From: Leptolyngbyaceae cyanobacterium
GTDB taxonomy: Bacteria > Cyanobacteriota > Cyanobacteriia > Phormidesmidales > Phormidesmidaceae
Length of the DNA: 64,000 nucleotides
Assembly: GCA_965263355.1 (NCBI GenBank)
Contig: CBDHHL010000032.1
Coordinates: 3,648,001-3,712,000, forward strand
Reading direction: 5' to 3'
Within the stretch, counting starts at the first letter, position 1. Each line of letters opens with the position of its first letter. The notes beneath the pieces are model-generated. The model was not told the DNA's origin and searched no databases. It saw nothing but the letters and a program-made list of their open reading frames with translations. Shown here piece after piece: positions 22,469-32,801 of this stretch. The translations under genes and the position numbers were made by a program.

Positions 22469-23686
22469 GTGCCATACAAAACGGGAGCTTTGCATATGCA
22501 ATTAGCTCGTGGTAAGAGGGCAAAAGATACGTTTGTTTTTATTGAAGTTTTTGGTTGCGAAGGAGGAATTCAGTCGTACATCAAGGATGTACTGATGGCT
22601 TATATGCCTCTGCATACAATTGAGCCTGCTGATATTTTTTTACTACGTGACCAGTTAGATAATATTCCACCTGAGTTTCGGTCTTGTTTTAGGTTTCACT
22701 GTTTTCAGTCAGGACGACCTATGCTGGATCGGTTTCGGTTGGCCTTGGCTTTGGGGAGCCATCTGTTGCTCAGGCGTCCACGTCGCTTGTTTTGCGGCCA
22801 CATTAACCTGGTGGTTATGACGCGTCAGCTAGCTCGATTAGCACGGGTGCCTTACACTGTCCTCACCTATGGTAAAGAAGTTTGGTTCCCTCTAAAACCG
22901 TCTGAAGGGGATGCTTTGCGAGCCGCGGATAACATTTGGACCATTAGTCGATACAGTCGTGATTTGGCCTGTGATGCCAATCAACTAGAGGCTAGCAAGA
23001 TTGAAATTTTGCCTTGTACAGTGGATGGTGACGCATTTACACCTGCGATCGCATCCTCTGAGTTGCAGCAACGCTATGGTTTGGAAAATGCGCTTGTCCT
23101 GATGACTGTCGCTCGACTGTGGCGAGGAGATCCCTATAAGGGAGTAGATGTCACTATCCGGGCATTGCCCAAGATTACCGCAGCCTTTCCCAGTGTTAAG
23201 TATTTAGTCATTGGCCGAGGAGACGATCAACCGAGATTAGCGCAGTTAGCTGAGGATTTAGGAGTCAATGATCAAGTGGTATTTGCTGGGTTTGTTCCTA
23301 ACGAAGAATTAGTTGAGCACTATCGCCTTGCCGATGTATACGTCATGCCTTCCCAGGAAGGATTTGGCATTGTTTATCTAGAAGCAATGTCTTGCGGTAT
23401 TCCAGTGATTTCTGGTGATAACGATGGTTCAGCGGATCCGTTGCAAGATGGTCTATTGGGTTGGCGTGTTCCCCATCGGGAGCCAGAGGCAGTAGCCGTT
23501 GCCTGTATGGAAGCCCTACAAGGCGATGATCATCGCTGTCATGGGCCCTGGTTACGGGAACAAACCCTGGCTAAGTTTAGTAAATCAGCATTGACTAGTC
23601 AGTTGAAACACCTTTTAGGTGATGATGCTACGGCTAAAACAAACGACCTGCATCAACCAGAAGGTAGTAGTATCCGAACAAACTAA
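22469..23686 (+). CDS. Glycosyltransferase family 4
   Basis: GGIQSY, LMTVARL...KGVD, EGFGIVYLEAMSCGIPVI; start may be 22496. Confidence 0.9.
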   Translation: MPYKTGALHMQLARGKRAKDTFVFIEVFGCEGGIQSYIKDVLMAYMPLHTIEPADIFLLRDQLDNIPPEFRSCFRFHCFQSGRPMLDRFRLALALGSHLLLRRPRRLFCGHINLVVMTRQLARLARVPYTVLTYGKEVWFPLKPSEGDALRAADNIWTISRYSRDLACDANQLEASKIEILPCTVDGDAFTPAIASSELQQRYGLENALVLMTVARLWRGDPYKGVDVTIRALPKITAAFPSVKYLVIGRGDDQPRLAQLAEDLGVNDQVVFAGFVPNEELVEHYRLADVYVMPSQEGFGIVYLEAMSCGIPVISGDNDGSADPLQDGLLGWRVPHREPEAVAVACMEALQGDDHRCHGPWLREQTLAKFSKSALTSQLKHLLGDDATAKTNDLHQPEGSSIRTN

Positions 23687-23764
23687 ACTGCGTCAGTAAA
23701 CTAAGACATTGAGACAGAGACTATAGAATATAGATCCAGCAGTGCAGCCATAGGAGGCGACAGC

Positions 23765-24202
23765 ATGGCTCCCAACGGTTTTAGACAGTTACAGCTTAAC
23801 TTCTCGGGGATGGGATGTTGGTTAACCCTGACCATTGGGTTTGTCTTGATGACAACTGTCGGTATTGGTTGGCTCTTAAAGTCTTTGTTGGTGCTGATCG
23901 CGCTTTTGGTTTTTATTCCTATTGTCTTGGTAGTTGGTGTCCAGTTTTGGCTTAGGCGCAATCTAGTTGAAGGGCCTTGTCCATCCTGTGCTAGTCCGTT
24001 AACTGGATTTAGACATATTCCCATGTCATGTCCTAGCTGTGGTGTGTCGTTAGAAGCCAGTAGTGGCAGTTTCGTCAGAATAACGCCTGAAGGGACTATT
24101 GATGTAGATGTGATTAATGTTGAAAAATCTGATGTTGGAAATGACGCCACAGATAATGTGACTGTTGTTGATGTAGAGGTTTTGCCTCCTGGTGATAATT
24201 AA
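23765..24202 (+). CDS. Hypothetical membrane protein with zinc-ribbon motif
   Basis: Two TM segments, CPSC...CPSC, GTIDVD tail; GGAGG RBS. Confidence 0.8.
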   Translation: MAPNGFRQLQLNFSGMGCWLTLTIGFVLMTTVGIGWLLKSLLVLIALLVFIPIVLVVGVQFWLRRNLVEGPCPSCASPLTGFRHIPMSCPSCGVSLEASSGSFVRITPEGTIDVDVINVEKSDVGNDATDNVTVVDVEVLPPGDN

Positions 24203-24273
24203 ATCATGTCCAAGTTGAAACCTATGGGTTCTTCACCGGAAAAACGACCATTCTAGGCTTGGAGCAAGGTTTA
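24200..24273 (+). repeat. Family A element (74 bp)
   Basis: TAAATCATGTCCAAGTTGAAACCTATGGGTTCTTCACCGGAAAAACGACC...CAAGGTTTA; first TAA is the stop of 23765..24202. Confidence 0.9.
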
Positions 24274-24363
24274 GAACGGTCTATCGCCCTCTAGAGATTT
24301 TAGTAGTCTTTAAAGGGCGATTGTTGCAGAGATATTCCTCTGCTGGAAACCTATATTGGAAAT

Positions 24364-24762
24364 TTACTGTTGGACAGTCAGTGTAAATGGGGCACCAGAA
24401 CCGTCGATATCGCCCACATAAAGGCTGTAACTTCCTTGTTTATATAATCCTCGGGATTGAATGGCACCCCCGTCAAAGTCATGGGCCAGGATACATTCCC
24501 GTGAATTATCAGGCCCCACCATTAGCAATGTGTAATCATTGCTGCCTGATACTTCGATTGATACCGATGCTGCTGACTGAGTGATATTGAAGGAATAGTC
24601 GGGTTGAGCAGGGACAAACCCACAATCTGAGGATGTTTGGGGACCTCCGCTAGTGCCGCTGATTTCCGTTGCTGATTGACCATAAACAGCATTGGTGGGT
24701 GCAGCGACCACAGCGGCAGCAATGAGAAGAGAAGCAATGTTTTTTGTGGCAATATTTTTCAT
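24364..24762 (-). CDS. Secreted hypothetical protein (PPC-like beta domain)
   Basis: Signal peptide, CGFVPAQPD...LLMVGP...GSYSLYVG. Confidence 0.7.
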   Translation of the reverse strand: MKNIATKNIASLLIAAAVVAAPTNAVYGQSATEISGTSGGPQTSSDCGFVPAQPDYSFNITQSAASVSIEVSGSNDYTLLMVGPDNSRECILAHDFDGGAIQSRGLYKQGSYSLYVGDIDGSGAPFTLTVQQ

Positions 24763-25038
24763 CGATAGCACCTCGGCAACTTATGGGGTAGCCTTACGAG
24801 AACACTAGGTCTTTGTCTGAATACTATTCCTAAGGAATGTATATCTCAATACTAGTGACAGGATATAACTAACGTTGTTAGCTATGTGCCAGTTTGCCAA
24901 GAGTTAATAAACTGGAATTTTCATATAGCCTGTCATATCTAAATTTTCTGATTTAGATATGAGTGCCAATCAGTCAGTCTGGCCTAGTCAGGTTAGGAGT
25001 ATCCCTCGTTAGATTACTGGCAATATCAAGGTCGCTAA

Positions 25039-27315
25039 ATGGCTCAGCAAATCATGAATGTTCAGAGCTCGATAGTTCTTGTCCCCAAACTGCGGTCAGT
25101 TAAATTGACCGGTAGGCGTTTGGTGGCTTGGAGTTTAGAGCTTGGCTTAGTGGCTATGAGTGCTGTAGTGCCTTGGGGGGTAGGCCAGTATGTGTTAGTG
25201 AATGCGACTACAAAGCTTCCCCCAATTGAGGAAATAATTGAGGAACAGCCGTTTCAGGACTCATTGGAAGTGAGCCAAGTTACCCTGCATCCTTTGGTGC
25301 GCCATGCACAAAAGCGATGGGCGTGGATTGTGCAGATACCTCCGTACCAACTGCATCGCACCGTACCACGCCTGACCAATTTTTGCTGGACTATTGCGTT
25401 GCTTGCACCGATTGTTGTTGGGGTTGGGCAACTGACGCAGCTGAGCTATACCGGACAGACATGGCCCAAGCGATGGTTAGGAATTCAGGTACTTTCGACC
25501 ACAAGTAGCCATCTTAGATTCTGGCAGGGATTAGTGCGTGAGTTGGTGCGCTGGGGTATACCCCTAATACTGGTAGGGGGAGTAACCGGCGCGACGGGTT
25601 TGTCATTAGGACTATGGACTCCGATGGTAGTTGGTTTTTTAGCCATGATGGAGGGAGGCATAGCCCTCGTTCTTGATAAACAATCTTTGCATGATCGGAT
25701 TGCCAGGACTCAAGTTGTTATGGCAACTGCTCCTTCTAGGTATTTACCCATTTCCGGTGAATCACTCAGTTATTCTCTACCATTGAATGGTTCTTTTGCT
25801 CAACCAAAAGCTGACGAACTTCAACTTTATGGTGAAACGAATGATGATGACGACTGGTGGTTGACAGAGTCCGCAGGTAATTTGACTTCGTTAGTTTTAC
25901 CACCGCGCTCTGGCCCCCAAAACGATGGTGGTAGCTTGGTCTTGTCTCCCCCTCGGTCATGGGGGCAACCATGGTGGCTAGTGACTGGGGGCATGTTTTT
26001 TGCCTGCATTGCTGGTTTTGGGATTGGCCGTCTAGTGCAGGCTCCCACATCTGTTCAGGCTGAAGATGACGCTTTTTTGCAGATGGCTCAGGCGCTGATG
26101 GCCAAGACCCAGACGGGGCAGACAAGTGGAAACTATAATGCGGCGATCTTAATGTTGGCTCAGGTCGATGATCCTCGTACTGTTGACTATTTAACCGATC
26201 TATTGAGTCAAAGCTCACAGCCAGAAACGTTAGCGACGATTCAGCAGGCCCTGGTAAGTCAAGGCCTAGATAGTGTGCCATCGCTGCTAGCATTGGGACG
26301 TGTGCTTGAAAGTGAACTGCAGCAATCGTTAGATCCGGCCATTCGATCAATTCGTTTGGAACAACGCCATGTAGTGCAGGGGGCGATCGCAAAATTACTT
26401 GCTGTTCACAGTGACGAACTAGTGGGTATTCGTCTAGATCGGGTGAACCTAGGGCGGTACCACGATTCTGACCGGGCGTTCCGTTTAATTCAACCGGGTT
26501 TATTGGCCGCCGGGACTAGTTGGCAAGGTGCAAACTTAAGCCAAGCCAACCTGGCGGGGGTTAGCTTCTTTGATGTTGGGGCTGATGGCAGGGCAGATTC
26601 CTATGACGATATTATTAGTGACCTCACTGGTATTACTCTGGTGGCGGCCAGATTGGAGGAGGCGAATTTACAGGGGGCTCAACTAAGTCATGCAAATCTG
26701 AGGCGTGCAGAGCTTAAAGATGCCAATTTAGCCCATGGCAATTTAGAAAGGGCCCTGTTAACCAATGCTAGTTTGATCCATGTCAATGCCGCTCAGAGTC
26801 GATGGCAGGGCAGTAATTTAGTGGGTGCAGATTTGACTCAAGCAATTTTTGATGGTGCTGATCTTAGCCAAGCCAGACTCAACCGTATCGAAGCTGCCCA
26901 TAGCAGTTGGGTTAAGGCAACACTCCCTCAGTCTGATTGGGTAGGCGCTAATTTACTCGGGGCAGACTTTAGTCAAGCGAATTTAGTGGGTGCAGATTTT
27001 CAAGGGGCACAGCTGGATAGTGTAGATTTTACTCGAGCCGATTTGAGACAGGCGAATTTACGAGATGTTGATCTGAGGCAGGCGACGCTGACGGGAGTGA
27101 ATCTAACAGATGCTGATTTGGGCGGTGCCATATTTGATGATGGTACTAATGTTGCCGGTAGTTTTATTACCCCCAATGCTCAATTAAGGTCAGATAATCA
27201 TTTTCAAGGGGTGAATTTTAGCCGCGTCCGTAATTTAGATGGTCGCCAGTTAAACTACATTTGTGCCCAGGGGGGGATTCATCCCGCTTGTAAAAGAGTG
27301 CCAGATGTTGATTAG
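25039..27315 (+). CDS. RDD-domain + pentapeptide-repeat protein (HglK-like architecture)
   Basis: RRLVAWSLE, GQTWPKRWLGIQV, SLHDRIA (RDD); long A(D/N)Lxx repeat tract at the C-terminus. Confidence 0.85.
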   Translation: MAQQIMNVQSSIVLVPKLRSVKLTGRRLVAWSLELGLVAMSAVVPWGVGQYVLVNATTKLPPIEEIIEEQPFQDSLEVSQVTLHPLVRHAQKRWAWIVQIPPYQLHRTVPRLTNFCWTIALLAPIVVGVGQLTQLSYTGQTWPKRWLGIQVLSTTSSHLRFWQGLVRELVRWGIPLILVGGVTGATGLSLGLWTPMVVGFLAMMEGGIALVLDKQSLHDRIARTQVVMATAPSRYLPISGESLSYSLPLNGSFAQPKADELQLYGETNDDDDWWLTESAGNLTSLVLPPRSGPQNDGGSLVLSPPRSWGQPWWLVTGGMFFACIAGFGIGRLVQAPTSVQAEDDAFLQMAQALMAKTQTGQTSGNYNAAILMLAQVDDPRTVDYLTDLLSQSSQPETLATIQQALVSQGLDSVPSLLALGRVLESELQQSLDPAIRSIRLEQRHVVQGAIAKLLAVHSDELVGIRLDRVNLGRYHDSDRAFRLIQPGLLAAGTSWQGANLSQANLAGVSFFDVGADGRADSYDDIISDLTGITLVAARLEEANLQGAQLSHANLRRAELKDANLAHGNLERALLTNASLIHVNAAQSRWQGSNLVGADLTQAIFDGADLSQARLNRIEAAHSSWVKATLPQSDWVGANLLGADFSQANLVGADFQGAQLDSVDFTRADLRQANLRDVDLRQATLTGVNLTDADLGGAIFDDGTNVAGSFITPNAQLRSDNHFQGVNFSRVRNLDGRQLNYICAQGGIHPACKRVPDVD

Positions 27316-27318
27316 CCA

Positions 27319-27651
27319 ATGCAACGAACACGTTTAAGCATATTAGTCGAACAGGCAGGTCAACGCTTTAGTCAGTGGGTGTTTAATCCTTGGCGACGTA
27401 TTTCTTTGGCGGTGATTAGTCTTTTGTTTGGTAACTTCTTTGCTACAGCGATTTCAGCTACGGCAGGTCAGACAGCAGAGATTGACATTTTGATTGCGGC
27501 TATTTTAGTGGCAATGGTAGAACTCATTAGCTGGCTATACCATCGCTCTCGCTCTAATGACCAACGTACAGTGCTCCCTGAACTACTCAATTCATTTAAG
27601 TTGGGTATGATTTACGGCTTATTTGTTGAGGCTTTTAAGTTGGGTAGCTAG
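27319..27651 (+). CDS. ycf20: Ycf20/DUF565 family protein
   Basis: MQRTRL...NPWRR...LNSFKLGMIYGLFVEAFKLGS. Confidence 0.9.
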   Translation: MQRTRLSILVEQAGQRFSQWVFNPWRRISLAVISLLFGNFFATAISATAGQTAEIDILIAAILVAMVELISWLYHRSRSNDQRTVLPELLNSFKLGMIYGLFVEAFKLGS

Positions 27652-28341
27652 AGGAATGGTGTCAATCGACTTTACAAGTTGCGTAGCTCGTTGTTGGATA
27701 GTTTTCCATTGTTTATGACGCACATGGTCAGCTTCAAATAAACCACTGGAAATTCCGACTGCGGTTGCGCCAGCCACTAGTAGCTCTGCTGCGTTTTCCG
27801 GAGTGACACCGCCGGAGGGAATTAGTGGAATATGGCCTAAGGGACCCTGCAAACATTCAATATAGGTGGCGCCTCCAAAAGCTTTGATGGGGAAGATTTT
27901 TACACTAGCTGCACCAGCTTCCCATGCGGTCAGGATTTCGGTTGGGGTCATTGCTCCTGCCACGGTAGGAATATGTACTGTACGACCATGGCGGAGTAGG
28001 GCTAATGAGGTGTGTGGGCTAAAACAAAACTGAGCGCCGGTTGCGATCGCAATCCGTAAGTCTTCTTCCTTGAGAATTGTACCGACACCAATGGTGCAGT
28101 AAGGCAAGGCTTGCTGAATCGCTTGTAAAAGAGCTACAGGCTGATAGCTATTCCAGGTGATTTCAATCAGCTGAATTCCCCCTTCTGCAGCGGCTAGGGC
28201 CATGTTTAGGCCACTTTCCACCGTCTCCGCCCTAATCACAGCAATGACTCGATGGGTGCGTAGGGTATAGAGCCAACGTTGCTGATATTCATATTCAACA
28301 GTAGATCGCAAGTTTAAGCGAGCCGAATTTAAGACTGTCAT
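27619..28341 (-). CDS. eda: KDPG/KHG aldolase
   Basis: VIAVIR, IEIT, IGVGTI, GAMTPTEI, VKIFP, IPSGGV. Confidence 0.93.
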   Translation of the reverse strand: MTVLNSARLNLRSTVEYEYQQRWLYTLRTHRVIAVIRAETVESGLNMALAAAEGGIQLIEITWNSYQPVALLQAIQQALPYCTIGVGTILKEEDLRIAIATGAQFCFSPHTSLALLRHGRTVHIPTVAGAMTPTEILTAWEAGAASVKIFPIKAFGGATYIECLQGPLGHIPLIPSGGVTPENAAELLVAGATAVGISSGLFEADHVRHKQWKTIQQRATQLVKSIDTIPLATQLKSLNK

Positions 28342-28495
28342 AAACTGAAGTGGTCTTGAATATTAAACCTATTGTGCAGGCGACTATCATATCTGTTTCC
28401 AGCTCTTAGGCTTTTAGACCAATTTGCAATACAGATTTTTTGCTTTTGCTAAGTGCTGTTAACAATTCACCAAACTATGTAACAAAAATGAAACA

Positions 28496-28526
28496 AACAA
28501 AAAGCCGTAGGATTTCCTACGGCTTT
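28496..28526 (-). terminator. Intrinsic terminator after ftsH
   Basis: AAAGCCGTAGGA-TT-TCCTACGGCTTT with an A-rich left flank (U tract on the minus strand). Confidence 0.8.
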
Positions 28527-28575
28527 GAGCACCAAACTTTTAAGGAGTAAACCTGGGAAACGTTTGCCAGTAATC

Positions 28576-28648
28576 TAAACTACGTCCAAACTAAAACCCA
28601 TAGGTTCCTCACCGGAAAAACGACCGGCTTGGACGTAGAAAAGGATTA
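28576..28648 (+). repeat. Family A element (73 bp)
   Basis: TAAACTACGTCCAAACTAAAACCCATAGGTTCCTCACCGGAAAAACGACC...AAAAGGATTA; terminal TTA is the ftsH stop. Confidence 0.85.
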
Positions 28649-30490
28649 AGCAATGCTTGCCATACTGACATTGTTATCAATTAGCAAACGCTGTAGCTCA
28701 TCAGAATCAACCGTTTCCTTGTCAACCAACATGTCAGCTAGCTGATCTAAGACGTTACGATTTTCAACCAGGACCTGCTTAGCACGGCTGTAAGCTACGT
28801 CCACCAGGCCGCGCACTTCTGAATCAATCACAGCTGCCGTTTCTTCAGAGAAATCACGCTCAGTCGCAATATCCCTTCCCAAGAAAGGATTGCCTTGCTG
28901 ACGTCCCAGCGCTACTGGGCCCAGCCTTTCGCTCATACCAAAGCGAGTTACCATCTGGCGAGCTACGCGAGCAACTTGCTGGAGGTCGTTAGAAGCACCT
29001 GTAGTAACTTCTTCATCCCCAAAGACAATTTCCTCGGCTAGGCGACCACCGAGGGCGACAGCCATCTGATTTTGCAAGTAGGAGCGGGAATACAAACCGG
29101 ACTCCAAGCGTTCCTCGCTAGGAGTAAACCAAGTGAGACCACCTGCTTGGCCACGGGGAATGATACTGATCTTCTGTACAGGATCGTAGTCGGGCATTAA
29201 CGCACCCACTAGAGCATGGCCTGCTTCATGGTAAGCCACCAAAGATTTGCGCTTTTCACTCATCACCCGATCTTTCTTCTCAGGACCCGCTAAGACGCGA
29301 TCAATGGCGTCATTAACCTCATCCATAGAAATTTCGGTCAGGTTGCGACGAGCCGCTAAAATGGCTGCCTCATTTAACAAATTTGAAAGGTCTGCACCTG
29401 TAAACCCAGGCGTACGACGGGCAATCTTTTCTAGATCCACATCTTTACTAAACGTTTTACCGCGAGAGTGAACCTTAAGAATTTCCAGGCGACCAGAGTA
29501 GTCGGGACGATCAACCACCACCTGGCGATCAAAACGACCAGGGCGTAGAAGGGCTGCATCCAATACATCGGGACGGTTTGTGGCCGCAATGATAATAATC
29601 CCCGTATTGCCTTCAAAACCATCCATTTCTGTTAGCAACTGGTTTAGAGTTTGCTCACGTTCATCATTGCCACCGCCAAGACCTGCACCCCGTTGACGAC
29701 CTACAGCATCAATCTCGTCAATGAAGACGATACAGGGGGCATTGTTTTTGGCTTGTTCAAAGAGATCGCGAACGCGGGAGGCGCCAACACCAACGAACAT
29801 TTCTACAAATTCGGAACCAGAGATGGAGAAAAACGGCACCCCAGCTTCTCCAGCAACAGCCTTTGCTAGTAACGTTTTACCTGTACCCGGAGGACCAACA
29901 AGCAGTACACCCTTAGGAATCTTTGCACCAACCGCAGTAAAGCGATCAGCATTCTTTAAGAAGTCAACTACCTCAGTTAGCTCCAACTTGGCTTGGTCAA
30001 TACCGGCGACATCACCAAAAGTGACCTGGGTCTGAGGCTCCATTTGAACGCGAGCTTTGGACTTACCAAAGTTCATAGCTTGGCTGCCGGGGCCATTCTG
30101 AGCTCTGCGAAGGACAAAGAATAGAACTACCAATAGCAAAATTGGTATCAGTAACGTGCTAAGTACTTGCAGTAAACGATTTTCCTCAGCTTGACGTGTG
30201 ACCTCAATATCGACACCATTTTCAGTAAGAATGTCAACTAGACCAGGGTCGCTAGGTAGGTTAACCACAATCCGACCGGCTTCGCCCGTTGGGTCAGGGA
30301 AATAGGCTTGACTACGATCAGCGGTAATATTTACTTTCTCAATGGCACGGCTTTCGACTTCGTTGATAAAACGACTGTAGCGCCAGTCTTGAACTTCAAT
30401 GCGCTCTTGGTCTAAGAATGCGGTAGCCAGTGCGATAACAACAACTACCAATAATACGTAGAGTCCTGCGTTTCTCCAGCGCTTATTCAC
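28646..30490 (-). CDS. ftsH: ATP-dependent zinc metalloprotease FtsH (FtsH3-type N-terminus)
   Basis: [28 protein letters not shown] motif, HEAGH. Confidence 0.98.
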   Translation of the reverse strand: MNKRWRNAGLYVLLVVVVIALATAFLDQERIEVQDWRYSRFINEVESRAIEKVNITADRSQAYFPDPTGEAGRIVVNLPSDPGLVDILTENGVDIEVTRQAEENRLLQVLSTLLIPILLLVVLFFVLRRAQNGPGSQAMNFGKSKARVQMEPQTQVTFGDVAGIDQAKLELTEVVDFLKNADRFTAVGAKIPKGVLLVGPPGTGKTLLAKAVAGEAGVPFFSISGSEFVEMFVGVGASRVRDLFEQAKNNAPCIVFIDEIDAVGRQRGAGLGGGNDEREQTLNQLLTEMDGFEGNTGIIIIAATNRPDVLDAALLRPGRFDRQVVVDRPDYSGRLEILKVHSRGKTFSKDVDLEKIARRTPGFTGADLSNLLNEAAILAARRNLTEISMDEVNDAIDRVLAGPEKKDRVMSEKRKSLVAYHEAGHALVGALMPDYDPVQKISIIPRGQAGGLTWFTPSEERLESGLYSRSYLQNQMAVALGGRLAEEIVFGDEEVTTGASNDLQQVARVARQMVTRFGMSERLGPVALGRQQGNPFLGRDIATERDFSEETAAVIDSEVRGLVDVAYSRAKQVLVENRNVLDQLADMLVDKETVDSDELQRLLIDNNVSMASIA

Positions 30491-30572
30491 AGGGAGTAAG
30501 CCTCCTAAAGTTTATACTTGTCAGCGGTTTCAGCGAAGTTACCTATGCTGAACTGATATTTGTTAACTTATG

Positions 30573-31418
30573 TTAACGCATTTCAGGATTTTGCATGGTG
30601 TGCTCAGTAGCTGTGTCGCACATCGAAGCACTGTAAAACATATGCCTGAGGGTGCTGAGACCTTTGTGATTAGATTTATAGTTTAGTTTAATATTTCCAA
30701 ATAGAACTGTGTGGATTGGGAGCAGCTCTATGACGCAGTTGCTGTAGGCTAAGCATTCAAATTGGTTCACTAATTCTAGGGTCCAAGGTTTGTCGATAAT
30801 GGTCTGGTTGGCGAAGCTGTGAAGCAATCGAGTTCGGCTGATGCCGGGTAATATACCTGAGGCTAGGGGTGGGGTCCACCATTGGCCAGCTTTGTATCCC
30901 CACAGATTGCCAGTACTGGTTTCTAGCCATTCTCCAGATGGGGTTGTCAAAATGGCATCACGAGCGCCATTGGTTTTGGCGGCTTGCAGGGCTAGCCAGC
31001 AAGGCAGGTAGTTACTGGTTTTGTGACCAGGTAAGCTGCGCTGAAATTGGGGACCTTGGGCAACCCAGACAGTCACTCCTTCACGTTGTTGTTGGTGAAG
31101 ATTAGGGGGGAGTGGCCGACCTGTAACCATGGCTTGACCATTGGCTAGAAGCGTTAACCGTAACACTGGGTAGTCAACCATCATGGCCTGACATCCTTGA
31201 GCAATTTCTTGCCAGTCAGGTTGGGGCCAATCAAAAAAATGGAGCGATTTGGAGATGCGATCGCAATGCCTGTTCCATGCCGTTAATGGATGCTCTAAGC
31301 TTCTCTCATAAATCCGTATTGTCGTAAAGACACTGGCCCCATAAGCTAGGGCCGGATTATTAACAGCAATCGTGATCTGCTCGCCTTTGTATAATTGGCC
31401 TGCAAACCAATAAGTCAT
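30573..31418 (-). CDS. Aminotransferase class IV (ADC lyase-like)
   Basis: YGASVFTT, HKTSNY, LETSTGNL, GILPGISR. Confidence 0.88.
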   Translation of the reverse strand: MTYWFAGQLYKGEQITIAVNNPALAYGASVFTTIRIYERSLEHPLTAWNRHCDRISKSLHFFDWPQPDWQEIAQGCQAMMVDYPVLRLTLLANGQAMVTGRPLPPNLHQQQREGVTVWVAQGPQFQRSLPGHKTSNYLPCWLALQAAKTNGARDAILTTPSGEWLETSTGNLWGYKAGQWWTPPLASGILPGISRTRLLHSFANQTIIDKPWTLELVNQFECLAYSNCVIELLPIHTVLFGNIKLNYKSNHKGLSTLRHMFYSASMCDTATEHTMQNPEMR

Positions 31419-31432
31419 TACGTTTTCCGAGT

Positions 31433-32527
31433 TTAAGCAATGCCTTCAATCATGGGATGGAAGAAAAAGGCTAGACCAATAATGGTGTAAGTCGCTAGTA
31501 ACAAAGTCCCTTCCAACCAATTAGAACTGCCATCACTGCTAATGGAGTTGGCAATCAAAACAGACACCGCTACTACAATCAACTGGAAATTATTAAAGTC
31601 CAGATCCATTGGTTTGCCCATTAGCCAACCAACAATTACCAGTACCGGTGCGACAAATAAAGCAATTTGCATACTGGAGCCCACGGCCACAGATAAGGAC
31701 AGGTCCATCTTATTTTTTAAGGCTACGGTTACAGCAGTAGCGTGCTCAGCTGCGTTACCAATGATGGGCAGTAGAATAACCCCGGTAAATAGCTCAGAGA
31801 GTCCAAGCTGTTGAGTGGCCACTTCTAACGATCCCACCAGCCATTCAGATTCCACTGCAACGATAAGGGTAGCTGCCAAAAGTACACCAATCCACAGTGT
31901 CAGGTTCGGCTTTTCGTGATGCTCTTCTTCTATACCTTCGTCTGACGCTGTGCCAACATCGTAGAGGTAGGTGTGGGTTTTCATCGAAAATAGCAGCGTT
32001 AAAGCATAAACCAGAATCAAGACAATGGCCACAGATACAGAAAGACGCTGCAATGTAGCTTCAGTAATGGATGGGGAGGTAAAATCCACTGCTGTCGGTA
32101 ATAAGATCGCGATCACCGCCAGATTCATGGACGATGCATTCATGCGAGCAATCACTGGCTGGAATTTCTGTTCTTTAAATTTAATGCCTCCTAGCAGCAT
32201 AGACAGGCCCATGACCAGTAGCAGGTTACCAATGATGGAGCCCGTAATACTGGACTTAACGATATCAATCAGGCCTGCATTTAATGCAATCAGAGCAATA
32301 ATCAATTCTGTGGCGTTACCAAAGGTGGCATTGAGTAAGCCTCCCAAGGATGGCCCTAACACCACAGCGATTTCCTCAGTGGCATGCCCCATCCAACCCG
32401 CTAACGGAATAATGGCAATGGCAGCCGTAACAAAAACCGCCAGGTCACCCCACCCAAGGAAATAAGCGGCGGCTGAAATAGGCACAAATATAAGCAGACC
32501 AAAGAAAATTAGGTTTTTGATGGACAT
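31433..32527 (-). CDS. cax: Ca2+/H+ antiporter (CAX family)
   Basis: GGLLNATFGNATE and GNAAEH repeat motifs. Confidence 0.93.
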   Translation of the reverse strand: MSIKNLIFFGLLIFVPISAAAYFLGWGDLAVFVTAAIAIIPLAGWMGHATEEIAVVLGPSLGGLLNATFGNATELIIALIALNAGLIDIVKSSITGSIIGNLLLVMGLSMLLGGIKFKEQKFQPVIARMNASSMNLAVIAILLPTAVDFTSPSITEATLQRLSVSVAIVLILVYALTLLFSMKTHTYLYDVGTASDEGIEEEHHEKPNLTLWIGVLLAATLIVAVESEWLVGSLEVATQQLGLSELFTGVILLPIIGNAAEHATAVTVALKNKMDLSLSVAVGSSMQIALFVAPVLVIVGWLMGKPMDLDFNNFQLIVVAVSVLIANSISSDGSSNWLEGTLLLATYTIIGLAFFFHPMIEGIA

Positions 32528-32801
32528 GAAGGCCTTAAATCAATGGTTAGATCGAGGGTTTACTAAGAAACGAACGCTATTGAAAAAATACTCAACTCAA
32601 ATGTCGGCTTTTTTCCAAAAGAGCTGAGCGTTACTCTAACTCTCAATGGCAACATCAGATTACCCAAAGGCGGGACATGTGAGGGAATAATTCCAATTAT
32701 TCTTGGAATGAATTTTACAAGTTGTGCCAGTATCTGCAGGCCTTAATCATTACCGCATTAGATTGATTACTGGTGTTGAGTACCGGTCCAGTAAGGGTGG
32801 C

